From Candidatus Omnitrophota bacterium (GTDB lineage: Bacteria; Omnitrophota; Gorgyraeia; Gygaellales; Profunditerraquicolaceae), in NCBI GenBank assembly GCA_023227985.1, contig JALOCB010000002.1, forward strand, positions 10,956 to 74,955: DNA of 64,000 bases. Direction: 5' to 3'. A model generated the notes under the pieces. It worked only from the letters and a program-made list of their open reading frames with translations. It had not been told where the DNA came from and made no database searches. The translations under genes were made by a program, and so were the position numbers. Below, piece after piece: positions 1 through 10,408 of this stretch; position 1 is the first letter of the stretch, and each line of letters starts with the position of its first letter.

Positions 1-1743
1 GGTAAGATTGAGCGGTATTCGGGAAAACTGCAAATGAACGCGCCGGAATTCGAGGTTGTCTCCGGGGAAAGCGAGGGATCGCTTAATTCCGGCAGGATCG
101 TCCCGGTTTATTCTTTGCCCCAAGGCCTGGGCCAGCGCAGTTTCCGCAAGATGATCCGGATGGCCCTGGATAAATATTTAAGCCAGGTCATAGATTTTAT
201 GCCGTTCGATGTAAAGCGGAACCACAAACTGCTTGATCTGGCGCAGAGCATTTTGAATATTCATTTCCCGGAGAATGACGGCCTGCAGAAGGATGCTTAT
301 GCCAGACTGGCTTTCGAGGAATTCCTGTTTTTTCAACTGCCGCTTATATTGAGAAAACAAAAAAGGAAAGAGAAGGCAGGGATCGCGCATAAAGTAGAGG
401 GCCGTCTGTTGAATGATTTCCTGGCAAAACTTCCGTTCGAGCTTACCGAGGGCCAGAAAACCGTGATCGCAGAGATAAAGGCGGATATGGCCAAGCCTGA
501 AGCCATGCAAAGGCTGCTTCAGGGGGACGTGGGCTCGGGAAAAACAGTAGTGGCTGCCGGCGCCTGTATGATCGCTATTCAGGGGGGTTTTCAGGCGGCG
601 ATAATGGCTCCAACGGAGATACTGTCCAGGCAGCATTTTGAAAAAATAAACTCCCAGCTTTCCGGCTTGAGATCACAGCGGAATAAGATCAAAGTCGGCC
701 TGCTTACCAGCTCCGGACTGAGAAAACAGAAGGATAAGATGATCCGGGATATTAAAGAAGGAAAGGTCGACCTGGTGATCGGCACGCATGCCTTGCTTGA
801 AGAGAACGTGCAGTTCAAGAGCCTCGGTTTGGCGGTGATCGATGAGCAGCATAAATTCGGCGTAGGCCAAAGGGCCCTGCTGCCGGCTAAAGGGAAAAAT
901 CCGGATATATTGATAATGACCGCCACGCCTATACCCCGGACATTGGCTATAACCCTTTACGGCGACCTGGATGTTTCGGTGATCCGGCATTTGCCTCCGG
1001 GCAGGGGCAGGATCAAGACGCTCTATTTCACCCGGGAGAAACAAGCGCAGGCTTACGCCATTGCCAAAGAGCAGATGGCGGCCGGAAATCAGGCGTATAT
1101 TGTTTATCCGGTGATCGAGGAATCTTATGCCCTGGATATTGCCGGCGCGGAAAAGATGTACGAACAGTTCAAAAAAGGGGAATTCCGGCAGTTCAGGCTG
1201 GGGTTGATCCATGGCAGGATGAAGCATGATGAGCAGGAAGCGGTTATGCTTAAATTCAAGAACAAGGAATTGGACGCTCTGGTATCGACCACTGTTTTGG
1301 AGGTAGGGATAGACGTGCCTTCGGCTACCTGTATGATCGTCGAGCATGCCGAACGTTTCGGATTGAGCCAGCTGCATCAACTTCGCGGCAGGGTAGGCCG
1401 GGGCGCTATAGAATCATTTTGCGTGCTGGTTTCCGGCGCGGTAACTGAAACCAGCCGGGCCAGGATGCTGGCAATGGCCAGTTACAGCGATGGTTTCAGG
1501 ATCGCGGAAGAGGACCTTAGAATACGCGGCCCTGGAGAGTACTTCGGCAGCAGGCAGCACGGTTTGACCGGGTTGAGGATCGCCAATCCTTTGACCCAGC
1601 TGCAGCTTTTGAAGTCAGCCAGGGAAGAGGCGGTCAATATAGTGGCTCAAGACCCGGGGCTGGGATCCCGGCAGAACGTTTTATTGAAGGAAAAGCTCTT
1701 GCAGCGCTTTCCGGAATACGAAAAAGTTATGGTGGTGGGCTAA
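1..1743 (+). CDS. recG: ATP-dependent DNA helicase RecG (5' partial, reading frame open to window start; first in-window ATG at 34)
   Basis: Walker A GDVGSGKT, DEQH box (VIDEQHKFGV), helicase C motifs QLHQLRGRVGRG; no stop codon upstream of 34 in frame. Confidence 0.85.
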   Translation, partial: GKIERYSGKLQMNAPEFEVVSGESEGSLNSGRIVPVYSLPQGLGQRSFRKMIRMALDKYLSQVIDFMPFDVKRNHKLLDLAQSILNIHFPENDGLQKDAYARLAFEEFLFFQLPLILRKQKRKEKAGIAHKVEGRLLNDFLAKLPFELTEGQKTVIAEIKADMAKPEAMQRLLQGDVGSGKTVVAAGACMIAIQGGFQAAIMAPTEILSRQHFEKINSQLSGLRSQRNKIKVGLLTSSGLRKQKDKMIRDIKEGKVDLVIGTHALLEENVQFKSLGLAVIDEQHKFGVGQRALLPAKGKNPDILIMTATPIPRTLAITLYGDLDVSVIRHLPPGRGRIKTLYFTREKQAQAYAIAKEQMAAGNQAYIVYPVIEESYALDIAGAEKMYEQFKKGEFRQFRLGLIHGRMKHDEQEAVMLKFKNKELDALVSTTVLEVGIDVPSATCMIVEHAERFGLSQLHQLRGRVGRGAIESFCVLVSGAVTETSRARMLAMASYSDGFRIAEEDLRIRGPGEYFGSRQHGLTGLRIANPLTQLQLLKSAREEAVNIVAQDPGLGSRQNVLLKEKLLQRFPEYEKVMVVG

Positions 1744-1748
1744 AGAAT

Positions 1749-2294
1749 ATGCGCATAATATCGGGGCAATATAAGAGCAGGATCATTCAGGTCCCGGAAG
1801 GCATAAGGCCGACAGAGGACCGGGTAAAAAAGGCTTTTTTTGATATTATGGGAGATGTTTCCGGTTTATCCTGCCTGGAATTGTTCGCCGGTTCGGGTTC
1901 TGTGGGCCTGGAGGCGTTGTCTTTAGGCGCAGGGTCGATGGTTTTTGTGGAGATAAGCCGGGCCTGCGTAAAGTCGATCCAGGATAATGTCAAAGTCTTC
2001 GGCTTGGAAGATAAGGTAATGGTGCTTGCCAAAGACAGCTTAGAGGCTATAAAGCAGCTTTATGCCAGCCAAAAGAAATTTGATCTGATCTATCTTGATC
2101 CTCCGTATTATAAGGGGATATCAGAAAAAGCCTTGCAAATCCTGGCTGATTGTGATATATTACTGCCTTCCGGGTATATAGGGGTGCAGCACTTTAAGAA
2201 AGACCCTTTGCCTGAGAAACAAGGAGACCTGTCCAGGTTCAGGCAGTCCAAGTACGGTGATTCCGTGCTTTCTTTTTATAAGAAGGGAATTTAG
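1749..2294 (+). CDS. rsmD: 16S rRNA (guanine966-N2)-methyltransferase RsmD
   Basis: 181 aa, SAM-MTase with DPPY motif (LDPPYYKG), conserved pairing with coaD downstream. Confidence 0.8.
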   Translation: MRIISGQYKSRIIQVPEGIRPTEDRVKKAFFDIMGDVSGLSCLELFAGSGSVGLEALSLGAGSMVFVEISRACVKSIQDNVKVFGLEDKVMVLAKDSLEAIKQLYASQKKFDLIYLDPPYYKGISEKALQILADCDILLPSGYIGVQHFKKDPLPEKQGDLSRFRQSKYGDSVLSFYKKGI

Positions 2295-2303
2295 CCCAAG
2301 AAT

Positions 2304-2795
2304 ATGCGTCAAAAAGCCATATACCCCGGTACATTCGACCCGGTCACCTTCGGTCATATTGACATAATTAAACGGGCTCAAGAGATATTCTCCGAGGTTA
2401 TTGTCGCCGTAGCGCATAATCCCAGGAAATCGCCGTTTTTTACCGTTCCGGAAAGGGTCGCTTTGCTTAAAAAAGCTACTTCCGGAATGAAAGGCGTCAC
2501 TGTTTGCGATTTCAGGGGCCTGGTAGTGGATTTTGCCCGCAAGAACAGATCGCCGGTATTGATCCGGGGATTAAGGATGCTTTCGGATTTTGAATATGAA
2601 TTCCAGATGGCTTTGACCAATAGAAAGCTGGCCCAGGATATCGAAACCATATTCCTGATGCCGCATGAGTCTTACAGCTATATTTCGTCAAAGCTTTTGA
2701 AAGAAGTAGCATTTTTAGGCGCGGATTTATCCCCGTTCCTCCCTGATTTCGTGGAAACCGCATTGAAATCTAAGATCAGACGAAAAAACAAGTAA
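2304..2795 (+). CDS. coaD: phosphopantetheine adenylyltransferase
   Basis: 163 aa; AIYPGTFDPVTFGHIDI nucleotidyltransferase H/T-x-G-H motif typical of CoaD. Confidence 0.9.
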   Translation: MRQKAIYPGTFDPVTFGHIDIIKRAQEIFSEVIVAVAHNPRKSPFFTVPERVALLKKATSGMKGVTVCDFRGLVVDFARKNRSPVLIRGLRMLSDFEYEFQMALTNRKLAQDIETIFLMPHESYSYISSKLLKEVAFLGADLSPFLPDFVETALKSKIRRKNK

Positions 2796-3211
2796 TGAAG
2801 ATAAATGTAAATCACATCCTTCCCCTAGGGACGGTATTTGAAGAGGATATCTCCGCGGAGGCGCTGGAGGCGGGGACTGATATAACAAAGTTCAAAAGCC
2901 CGGTGCATGTTAAGGCCCGGCTGGAAAAAATAACCAACGCGGTAATCGCCGAACTGGAGATAACCGCGCGCGTCAGCCAGGTCTGCGGGCGTTGCCTGAA
3001 AGAATTTGACCAGCTCCTGGATAGGAAGTTAAGGTTGAGTTTCGCTTTGGACCGCGGTATTTACGAACTTGACCTGGATCCGGATATCCGGGAAGATATA
3101 ATCCTGTGGTATCCTTTGCAGCCTTTGTGCAAACCGGATTGCCTGGGATTATGCCCCGGATGCGGGGTGAATCTTAATGAGGCAAAATGCGGTTGTGGGG
3201 ATAAGAAGTAA
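2795..3211 (+). CDS. yceD: YceD/DUF177 family protein (large-subunit rRNA accumulation protein)
   Basis: 138 aa acidic protein with C-terminal CxxC...CxCG cysteine pairs, located immediately upstream of rpmF-plsX as in many bacteria. Confidence 0.7.
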   Translation: MKINVNHILPLGTVFEEDISAEALEAGTDITKFKSPVHVKARLEKITNAVIAELEITARVSQVCGRCLKEFDQLLDRKLRLSFALDRGIYELDLDPDIREDIILWYPLQPLCKPDCLGLCPGCGVNLNEAKCGCGDKK

Positions 3212-3422
3212 ATATCAGGATGTTATGCCCGAAGATAAGCCGGGTATTTATTAACCGTTTTGCCCCTTGCTTAGACGCTTTGTAATTTTCAGCGCTTCGC
3301 GACTGAAATTACATACGCAAGCTGCGGGGTTAATTCGCAGACGCTTCGACGTATGTCGAAGCCCTGAGTTGCGTCGCTCCGGCGGAGTTTTCGTAACTCA
3401 GCTGCTCATTAAGGAGATTAAA
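3212..3422 (+). promoter_or_regulatory. structured ~210 nt leader between yceD and rpmF (multiple stem-loops; candidate promoter/processing/regulatory leader of the rpmF-plsX-fab operon)
   Basis: Hairpins TGTAATTTTCAG/CTGAAATTACA, GCTTCGAC-gtat-GTCGAAGC, CTGAGTT...AACTCAG with inner CTCCG/CGGAG. Confidence 0.45.
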
Positions 3423-3626
3423 ATGCCTTTACCAAAGCAACGACATTCGCATACCCGCGGGAAAAAACGCAGGACCCATTGGAAAGTAATCCCGGCCGGC
3501 CTTATCGCCTGTCCGCAATGTAAATCATTAAAGAGGCCGCATCGTGTATGTCCGGTTTGCGGGAACTATGATGGAAAGCAGGCAGTGGCGATCAAAGTAA
3601 AAAAAGACAAAAAGAAGGCCGCTTAA
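3423..3626 (+). CDS. rpmF: 50S ribosomal protein L32
   Basis: MPLPKQRHSHTRGKKRRTHWK... with CPxC...CPxCG zinc ribbon; AGGAGA SD 6 nt upstream of ATG 3423; longer ORF from 3267 judged N-terminal over-extension. Confidence 0.85.
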   Translation: MPLPKQRHSHTRGKKRRTHWKVIPAGLIACPQCKSLKRPHRVCPVCGNYDGKQAVAIKVKKDKKKAA

Positions 3627-3656
3627 CTAAATCCTATCAGACAGGATCAAGAATAA

Positions 3657-4697
3657 ATGAAGATAATTGTTGATGCTATGGGCGGCGACTATGCCTCTGA
3701 TGTGGTGGTTGACGGAGCGATAGCCGCGGTTAAAGAATATCAGGTAGGGGTTGTCCTGGTCGGAGATGAAGCAAAGATACGCATGCGTATCAGAAAAATG
3801 AAGTTCGATTCCAAGCTTCTTTCGGTATATCCCGCATCCGAAGTCATTGAAATGCATGATTCTCCGGCTACCAGCGTCAGGAGGAAGCGTAATTCTTCTA
3901 TTGTGCTGGGCCTGAAATTGGTGCGCGACGGCCAGGGGGACGCGTTTTTCAGCGCCGGAAATACCGGGGCTGTTGTTTGCGCGTCCACGTTGACTTTAGG
4001 GATGCTGCCCGGCATCGAGCGGCCGGGTATCGCTACGTTAATGCCCAGCCTGAAAGGCGTTTCCCTGATTATCGACGTAGGGGCGAATATTGACCCTAAA
4101 CCCTTGCATATTTTGCAGTACGCGGTAATGGCAGATGCCTATGCACGTTATATCCTGCATAATCCCAATCCCAGGGTAGGCCTCTTGAACGTGGGCGAGG
4201 AGGAAAGCAAAGGGACCGTGCTTCTCAAGGATATCCATGAATCGTTATCCAAGACCCATCTGAATTTTATCGGCAACGTTGAAGGCAGGCATTTGTTCTC
4301 CGGAGATTGCGACATTATTGTCTGCGACGGGTTCGTGGGCAATGTCGCGTTAAAGGTTACGGAAAGCCTGGCTGAGGCGATGCAGATCTCTCTGAAAAAG
4401 CATATTTTTAGCAATCCCCTTGGTATTATCGGAGGCTTGCTTTTGCGGTCGAGCTTCAGGGCGTTTAAAAAAGAGATAGATTATTCTGAATACGGCGGGG
4501 CGCCTCTTTTAGGCGTCAACGGAGTATCGATAATCGGCCACGGCAGGTCGAATGCCAAAGCGATCAAGAACGCGATCCGGGTGGCCAAGGAGGAAGTGGA
4601 GAACAGGTTCAACGAGAAGGTCTTGGAGGCGATAAATTTGGAAGGATTGGTTCAAACTAAAGAAAATAACCCTCAAGTTGCGCCGTTAGACAAGTAA
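3657..4697 (+). CDS. plsX: phosphate acyltransferase PlsX
   Basis: 346 aa; MKIIVDAMGGD start and rpmF-plsX-fabH synteny. Confidence 0.9.
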   Translation: MKIIVDAMGGDYASDVVVDGAIAAVKEYQVGVVLVGDEAKIRMRIRKMKFDSKLLSVYPASEVIEMHDSPATSVRRKRNSSIVLGLKLVRDGQGDAFFSAGNTGAVVCASTLTLGMLPGIERPGIATLMPSLKGVSLIIDVGANIDPKPLHILQYAVMADAYARYILHNPNPRVGLLNVGEEESKGTVLLKDIHESLSKTHLNFIGNVEGRHLFSGDCDIIVCDGFVGNVALKVTESLAEAMQISLKKHIFSNPLGIIGGLLLRSSFRAFKKEIDYSEYGGAPLLGVNGVSIIGHGRSNAKAIKNAIRVAKEEVENRFNEKVLEAINLEGLVQTKENNPQVAPLDK

Positions 4698-4718
4698 TCC
4701 TTTAACAGAAAGAACTCA

Positions 4719-5696
4719 ATGAAAAAAGTAGGCGTATTGGGATTAGGGAAATACATACCGGAGAAGGTCCTGACCAACGCAGACCTGGAAAAGATGGTCG
4801 ACACCTCCGATGAATGGATCACTACCCGCACCGGCATTAAAGAGCGACATATAGCCGCTAAAGATGAAGCTACCAGCGACCTGGCCACTAAAGCCGCCAG
4901 GCAGGCTTTGAAAGCTGCTTCCCTGGAGCCACAGGATCTGGATATGATAATAGTGGCTACGGTTACTCCGGATATGCAGTTTCCGTCTACGGCTACTTTT
5001 GTCCAGGCGAATCTTGGGGCAAAGAAGGCTTTTTGTTTTGATATCTCGGCGGCCTGCGCGGGGTTCATTTACGGGATAACCATTGCCCAGCAGTTTATCG
5101 CCCGCGGAACGGTCAAGAACGCGCTGGTCATCGGCGCGGAGACCCTTACCCGGATAACCGATTGGCAGGACCGGAATACCTGCGTTCTTTTCGGGGACGG
5201 CGCCGGCGCAATGGTCCTGGGGGAGAGCACAGGTTCCGAGATCCTTTCGGCTTATCTGGGTTCAGACGGGTCCAACACGGGGTTGTTGAATATGCCGGGC
5301 GGAGGCTCGCGTAATCCGGCTACAGCCCAGACCGTTCAGGACAGGCTGCATTACATCAAGATGGACGGAAATGCGCTTTTTAAGATCGCGGTCACCAGTA
5401 TGGCTGACGCCGCGTTAATGGCTCTGAAAAACGCCGGGCTTAAATGCGCGGAAGTGAATTGGATCATCCCGCATCAGGCTAATCTGAGGATCATCAACGC
5501 TGTAGCGAAGAGGCTGGGATTCGTCAACGCGCAGGTTTATCTTAATATTGAGAAATACGGGAATATGTCCAGCGCCTGCGTGGCTATAGCTTTATGCGAG
5601 GCTGTCCAGGAAGGCAAGATCAAAAAAGGCGATATTGTGCTTCTGGACGCGTTCGGGGGCGGGTTGGTTTGGGGCGCGGTGATTATTAAGTGGTGA
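4719..5696 (+). CDS. fabH: 3-oxoacyl-ACP synthase III
   Basis: 325 aa; active-site Cys context FDISAACAGF, C-terminal HQAN and GGG motifs. Confidence 0.9.
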   Translation: MKKVGVLGLGKYIPEKVLTNADLEKMVDTSDEWITTRTGIKERHIAAKDEATSDLATKAARQALKAASLEPQDLDMIIVATVTPDMQFPSTATFVQANLGAKKAFCFDISAACAGFIYGITIAQQFIARGTVKNALVIGAETLTRITDWQDRNTCVLFGDGAGAMVLGESTGSEILSAYLGSDGSNTGLLNMPGGGSRNPATAQTVQDRLHYIKMDGNALFKIAVTSMADAALMALKNAGLKCAEVNWIIPHQANLRIINAVAKRLGFVNAQVYLNIEKYGNMSSACVAIALCEAVQEGKIKKGDIVLLDAFGGGLVWGAVIIKW

Positions 5697-5721
5697 TCTA
5701 AACTAAAACATAAAGGGTTCG

Positions 5722-6636
5722 ATGGATAAATACGGATTTTTATTCGCAGGCCAGGGAAGCCAGTATGTCGGAATGGGCAAGGATCTATGCGAGGCTTTTC
5801 CTGAAAGTAAAGCGGTGTTTGAAAAGGCGGAAGAGACCCTGGGTTTGGATCTCAGAAAGTTGTGCTTTGACGGACCGGAAGCCAGTCTTAAGCCGACGAA
5901 TGTTTCCCAGCCGGCTATTGTCAGCGTGACCCTGGCGGCTTTCGAGGCGTTCCAAGCCCAACACAACATAAAACCCGCTTTTGCCGCCGGCCTTAGCCTG
6001 GGTGAGTATTCCGCTTTGATCGCTTTGCGCGCTTTTGAGTTCAAGAACGGCATGAAATTGATCCATAAAAGAGGCCGGATAATGGAAGAGGCTGCCCAAA
6101 AAAGGCCCGGCAAGATGGTGGTTATACTGGATCTTTCTATGGACAGGGTCAGGGATATATGCAGAAAAACCGAGTCTGAAATAGCCAATCTTAATGCCCC
6201 GGGACAAATCGTTATTTCCGGTTTCGCGGAAAATGTGGAGATGGCAAAGGTGCGTTGCCTGGCCGCCGGAGCTAAGAAAGCCATTGACCTGCCGGTAAGC
6301 GGGGGATTTCATTCCCTTTTGATGTTCGAGGCATCGGGCGCGTTAAAGAAAATCTTGGACGATCTGCCTATGTTTATGCCTAAAGCTCCGGTTATCAGCA
6401 ATTATACTGCGCTACCTATGTACAGGACCGCGGATATAAAGCTGAATCTGGTTTACCAGATATATTCAGCGGTAAGATGGGAAGAGTCAATGAGATATAT
6501 GCTTAGCCAGGGGGTGACCAAGTTTATCGAATTCGGACCGGGCAAGGTGTTAAGAGGCCTGATGCGCAAGATTGAACCTTCCGCGCAGGTGTTCAACATA
6601 GAAAAAGCCGCGGATATCGCTAATTTTGTCAAATAG
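5722..6636 (+). CDS. fabD: malonyl CoA-ACP transacylase
   Basis: 304 aa; FAGQGSQ and GLSLGEYSA active-site serine motif. Confidence 0.9.
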   Translation: MDKYGFLFAGQGSQYVGMGKDLCEAFPESKAVFEKAEETLGLDLRKLCFDGPEASLKPTNVSQPAIVSVTLAAFEAFQAQHNIKPAFAAGLSLGEYSALIALRAFEFKNGMKLIHKRGRIMEEAAQKRPGKMVVILDLSMDRVRDICRKTESEIANLNAPGQIVISGFAENVEMAKVRCLAAGAKKAIDLPVSGGFHSLLMFEASGALKKILDDLPMFMPKAPVISNYTALPMYRTADIKLNLVYQIYSAVRWEESMRYMLSQGVTKFIEFGPGKVLRGLMRKIEPSAQVFNIEKAADIANFVK

Positions 6637-6658
6637 GAACATTAACGGAGGTAAAATA

Positions 6659-7402
6659 ATGCGTTTAGAAGGGAAAGTGGCTTTGGTTACCGGAGGAGGC
6701 AGAGGCATAGGCAAGGAAATATCCCTGTTATTTGCCAGGGAAGGCGCGGATATCGTGATCTGGGATGTTAATCCTCAGGATGCGGATAATACCTGTAAAG
6801 AGATCGAGGCTTTAGGCAGGAAGACTTTATCCGGGCAGGTGGATGTCACCGATTATGCCAAGGTAGAAGAAGCGGTCAACAAAATTCTTGACAAATTCAA
6901 CAAGATTGATATATTAGTTAACAATGCCGGGATCACTAAAGACAATCTGCTTTTGCGGATGAGCCAGGCAGAATGGGATGCGGTCATAAATGTCAACCTT
7001 AAAGGGACATTTAACTGCACCAAAGCCTGCGCCAGGCCCCTGATAAAGCAGCGCCAGGGTAAGATTGTCAACATTGCATCGATCATTGGGATAATGGGAA
7101 ATGCCGGACAGGCAAACTATGCAGCTTCTAAGGCCGGGATAATCGCCTTGACTAAGACCTCGGCCAGGGAAATGGGAAGCCGGAATATCAATGTCAATGC
7201 CATAGCCCCTGGATTTATCCAGACGGCTATGACCGACAAGCTTCCCGAAGAAATAAAACAGAAGATGCTGGCTAACATTCCCTTAGGTAAGTTAGGGACC
7301 CCTAAGGATGTGGCTAATGCCTGTTTATTCCTGGCCTCGGAGGAGGCGCATTATATAACAGGACAGACCATAGTAGTGGATGGCGGAATGGTGATGGTAT
7401 AA
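6659..7402 (+). CDS. fabG: 3-oxoacyl-ACP reductase FabG
   Basis: SDR with TGGGRGIG Rossmann motif and NAG, YAASKAG catalytic motifs; start moved to ATG 6659 with GGAGG SD, after the fabD stop. Confidence 0.9.
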   Translation: MRLEGKVALVTGGGRGIGKEISLLFAREGADIVIWDVNPQDADNTCKEIEALGRKTLSGQVDVTDYAKVEEAVNKILDKFNKIDILVNNAGITKDNLLLRMSQAEWDAVINVNLKGTFNCTKACARPLIKQRQGKIVNIASIIGIMGNAGQANYAASKAGIIALTKTSAREMGSRNINVNAIAPGFIQTAMTDKLPEEIKQKMLANIPLGKLGTPKDVANACLFLASEEAHYITGQTIVVDGGMVMV

Positions 7403-7490
7403 TCGGCGGTTTACAACATATCCCCGCTGTTTCGCGGCGCGCAGCGCAAAGCGAAAACAGGTTCTGGGGATCATTCAAGGAGGAAATAGA

Positions 7491-7730
7491 ATGGCAGTTG
7501 AAGAGAAAGTAAAAGCTATAATCGCAGAACAACTTGGCGTAAAACCGGAGGAAGTTACCGCAGAGGCGTCGTTCGTGGATGACCTGGGCGCTGATTCCCT
7601 GGATACCGTAGAGCTGGTTATGGCTTTTGAAGAGGAATTCGGTATCGAGATCCCGGATGAGGATGCGGAAAAGATCACCACTGTGAACGAGGCGATTAAA
7701 TACATCGACGAAAAAACTGCTAATAAATAA
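7491..7730 (+). CDS. acpP: acyl carrier protein
   Basis: 79 aa; [21 protein letters not shown] phosphopantetheine attachment serine motif. Confidence 0.92.
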   Translation: MAVEEKVKAIIAEQLGVKPEEVTAEASFVDDLGADSLDTVELVMAFEEEFGIEIPDEDAEKITTVNEAIKYIDEKTANK

Positions 7731-7761
7731 TATAATGCCGTATTTTGCAGGTTGAATACTA

Positions 7762-7796
7762 CCCCGCCATTTTCACTAGGCGGGGTAAGTTTTAAT
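7762..7796 (+). terminator. hairpin attenuator/terminator between acpP and fabF
   Basis: CCCCGCC-N10-GGCGGGG stem followed by aagTTTTaa. Confidence 0.5.
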
Positions 7797-7829
7797 AAAC
7801 CAATTAATAATTCATTCAGGTAAAGGATA

Positions 7830-9080
7830 ATGAAGAGCCAGGAAAATAGAGTTGTGGTAACGGGTTTAGGCGTAGTTTCGCCTTTGGGCAACGATATTTC
7901 TTCTTTCTGGAGCAGCCTTCAGGCCGGAAAATCGGGGGTGGGTCAGCTTACCACGTTCGATGCCTCGGGATTTGACTGCCATATCGCCGCCGAGGTCAAG
8001 GGGTTCGACCCGCAGGCCTTTGGCCTGACCAGGAAAGAAGCTATGCGTATGGAGAAATTCGTCCAATACTCGCTGGCCTGCACTAACCAGGCGGTCAAGA
8101 ATTCCGGCCTGGACCTTGAGAAAGTTGACAAGGAGCGCGCGGGCGTTATAGTAGGCTCCGGCATAGGCTCTTTGCGGATCATAGAAGAAGAATATAAGGT
8201 TTATTTAAAAGGCGGCGCTTCGCGCATTTCGCCTTTTCTTATCCCCAGCCTGATAATCAATGAGGCATCCGGGCATATCGCGATAAAATACGGTTTTAAC
8301 GGCCCTAATCTGGCGGTGACCACTGCCTGCGCTTCCGGCTCTCATGCTATAGGTAACGCGGTGCGGATCATCCAGCGCGGCGACGCGGATATTATGATCA
8401 GCGGAGGCACGGAAAGCTGCGTTACTGCTTTAGGTGTCGGCGGTTTTTGCGCGCTTAAGGCCTTATCTGTGCGTAATGACGAACCGGAGAAAGCCAGCCG
8501 GCCGTTCGACGCCCAGCGCACCGGGTTTGTTATGGGTGAAGGCTGCGGCATAGTGATCCTGGAATCACTGGAACACGCCCAAAAAAGAGGGGCGCATATA
8601 TACTGCGAAGTGCCCGGATTCGGCGCTTCCTGCGACGCCTATCATATAACCGCGCCTGACCCTGACGGCCACGGCGCGTCTTTGGCTATAAAATGGGCGT
8701 TAAAAGACAGCGGGCTTAATCCGGAAGATGTGGATTATATAAATGCCCACGGTACATCCACTAAAATGAACGATAAGGTGGAGACCATGGCGATAAAACG
8801 GGCGTTGGGCGACCACGCCAAGAAAGTTATGGTAAGTTCGACCAAGTCGATGACCGGACATTTATTGGGCGCGGCAGGCGGTGTGGAGTTTATAGTTTGC
8901 TGCCTTGCCATAAAAGATAGTGTTGTCCCTCCCACGATCAACTACGAGTTCCCGGACCCGGACTGCGACCTGGATTATGTCCCGAACGCGGCGCGTAAGG
9001 CCGAGGTCGATGTCTGCATCTCAAATTCCCTCGGATTCGGCGGGCATAACGCTACCCTGGTTGCCAAGAGATTCAAATAA
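7830..9080 (+). CDS. fabF: 3-oxoacyl-ACP synthase II
   Basis: 416 aa KAS II; active-site Cys (TTACASG), His-His (AHGTST, GHLLGAAG) motifs. Confidence 0.9.
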   Translation: MKSQENRVVVTGLGVVSPLGNDISSFWSSLQAGKSGVGQLTTFDASGFDCHIAAEVKGFDPQAFGLTRKEAMRMEKFVQYSLACTNQAVKNSGLDLEKVDKERAGVIVGSGIGSLRIIEEEYKVYLKGGASRISPFLIPSLIINEASGHIAIKYGFNGPNLAVTTACASGSHAIGNAVRIIQRGDADIMISGGTESCVTALGVGGFCALKALSVRNDEPEKASRPFDAQRTGFVMGEGCGIVILESLEHAQKRGAHIYCEVPGFGASCDAYHITAPDPDGHGASLAIKWALKDSGLNPEDVDYINAHGTSTKMNDKVETMAIKRALGDHAKKVMVSSTKSMTGHLLGAAGGVEFIVCCLAIKDSVVPPTINYEFPDPDCDLDYVPNAARKAEVDVCISNSLGFGGHNATLVAKRFK

Positions 9081-9103
9081 AATAAGTTTAAGATAATAGG
9101 ATT

Positions 9104-10408
9104 ATGGCGCATACAATAGCGGAAAAAATATTATTGGCCCATACGGGCCTTGCCTACCGGCAGGCAGGCAAGAAGGATATCCGCCCGGGCGAATTCATCG
9201 AGGCTGATGTGGACGTGGCTTTAGGAAATGATATCACCGCGCCTATCGCCATTTCGGAATTCAAGAAAGCCGGATTTACCAGGGTCTTCGATAAGAATAA
9301 GATCGTCCTGGTTCCCGACCATTTCGCCCCGGCAAAAGACCTGAAAAGCGCCAATCAGTGCAAGGCGTTGGCTAATTTCGCCGAGGAACAGAAGATCAAG
9401 AATTATTTTGAAGTGGGGTGCATGGGCATAGAGCACGCGTTGCTTCCGGAAAAAGGCATAGTCCTGCCCGGGATGCTGGTCATCGGCGCGGATTCGCATA
9501 CCTGCACTTACGGCGCCTTAGGCTGTTATTCCACCGGTTTAGGCTCTACTGACCTGGCCAGGGCTTTTGTGGACGGTAAATGCTGGTTCAAGGTCCCGGA
9601 GAGCATAAAGTTCATATATAAAGGAAAGCCGAATAAATGGATCTCGGGAAAAGACCTGATCCTTTATACTATCGGCCGGATCGGGGTTGACGGGGCTTTG
9701 TATTGCGCGATGGAATTTACCGGCCCGGTGATCAAAAAGCTGCCGATGGATGGCCGGTTCTCTATGTCTAATATGGCGATCGAGGCGGGAGCCAGGGCAG
9801 GGATAATCGAAACGGATGAGACTACGCTGGATTATGTAAGATCGACCGGAAAGAAGATCGGCTCTGATTTGAGGAAGAAGTGGCTTAGCCTTAAGGCTGA
9901 TCCGGACGCGGCATATCAAAAAGTATATGAATGGGATGTTACGGGCCTTAAGCCGCAGGTGGCTTGCCCGCATCTTCCCAGCAATGTAAAACCCGCGGCT
10001 GAACTGGGCAATGTCAAGCTTGATCAGGTGGTCATCGGTTCCTGCACCAACGGCAGGATCTCGGACCTGCGGATAGCCGCCAAGATATTAAAAGGCAAGA
10101 AGGTTGCCCCGGGATTGCGCTTGATCGTCATCCCGGCGACCCAGAAGATATACCGGGAATGCCTTAAAGAAGGCCTGGCTAAAATTTTCATCAAGTCCGG
10201 AGGGGTATTCTCCACTCCGACCTGCGGCCCGTGCCTGGGCGGACATATCGGTATACTTACAGAAGGCGAGACCTGCCTGGCTACCACCAACAGGAATTTT
10301 ATCGGCAGGATGGGGTCGCCTAAATCATTCGTTTATTTGTCCAGCCCGGCAGTAGCCGCGGTTTCGGCGATCACCGGAAGGATCACTGATCCTAACGAGG
10401 TTATATGA
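9104..10408 (+). CDS. leuC: 3-isopropylmalate/homoaconitate dehydratase large subunit (aconitase family, short LeuC type)
   Basis: 434 aa aconitase catalytic domain with Cys ligands (GSCTNGR, TCGPCLG); overlaps leuD. Confidence 0.85.
   Translation: MAHTIAEKILLAHTGLAYRQAGKKDIRPGEFIEADVDVALGNDITAPIAISEFKKAGFTRVFDKNKIVLVPDHFAPAKDLKSANQCKALANFAEEQKIKNYFEVGCMGIEHALLPEKGIVLPGMLVIGADSHTCTYGALGCYSTGLGSTDLARAFVDGKCWFKVPESIKFIYKGKPNKWISGKDLILYTIGRIGVDGALYCAMEFTGPVIKKLPMDGRFSMSNMAIEAGARAGIIETDETTLDYVRSTGKKIGSDLRKKWLSLKADPDAAYQKVYEWDVTGLKPQVACPHLPSNVKPAAELGNVKLDQVVIGSCTNGRISDLRIAAKILKGKKVAPGLRLIVIPATQKIYRECLKEGLAKIFIKSGGVFSTPTCGPCLGGHIGILTEGETCLATTNRNFIGRMGSPKSFVYLSSPAVAAVSAITGRITDPNEVI

Noticed and set aside
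178-1380. Minus-strand ORFs of 111-235 aa overlapping recG (178-636, 591-926, 673-1380)
   Set aside because: They lie fully antisense to a well-supported helicase gene, have no recognisable motifs or RBS, and show low-complexity composition. They are typical shadow ORFs.
3267-3422. N-terminal 52-codon extension of the rpmF ORF (119 aa version)
   Set aside because: L32 is a roughly 60-aa protein. A strong AGGAGA SD precedes the internal ATG at 3423. The extension runs through a highly structured non-coding leader.
5703-6312. Minus-strand ORFs of 193 and 175 aa antisense to fabD
   Set aside because: They are shadow ORFs inside a conserved, well-supported fabD coding region.
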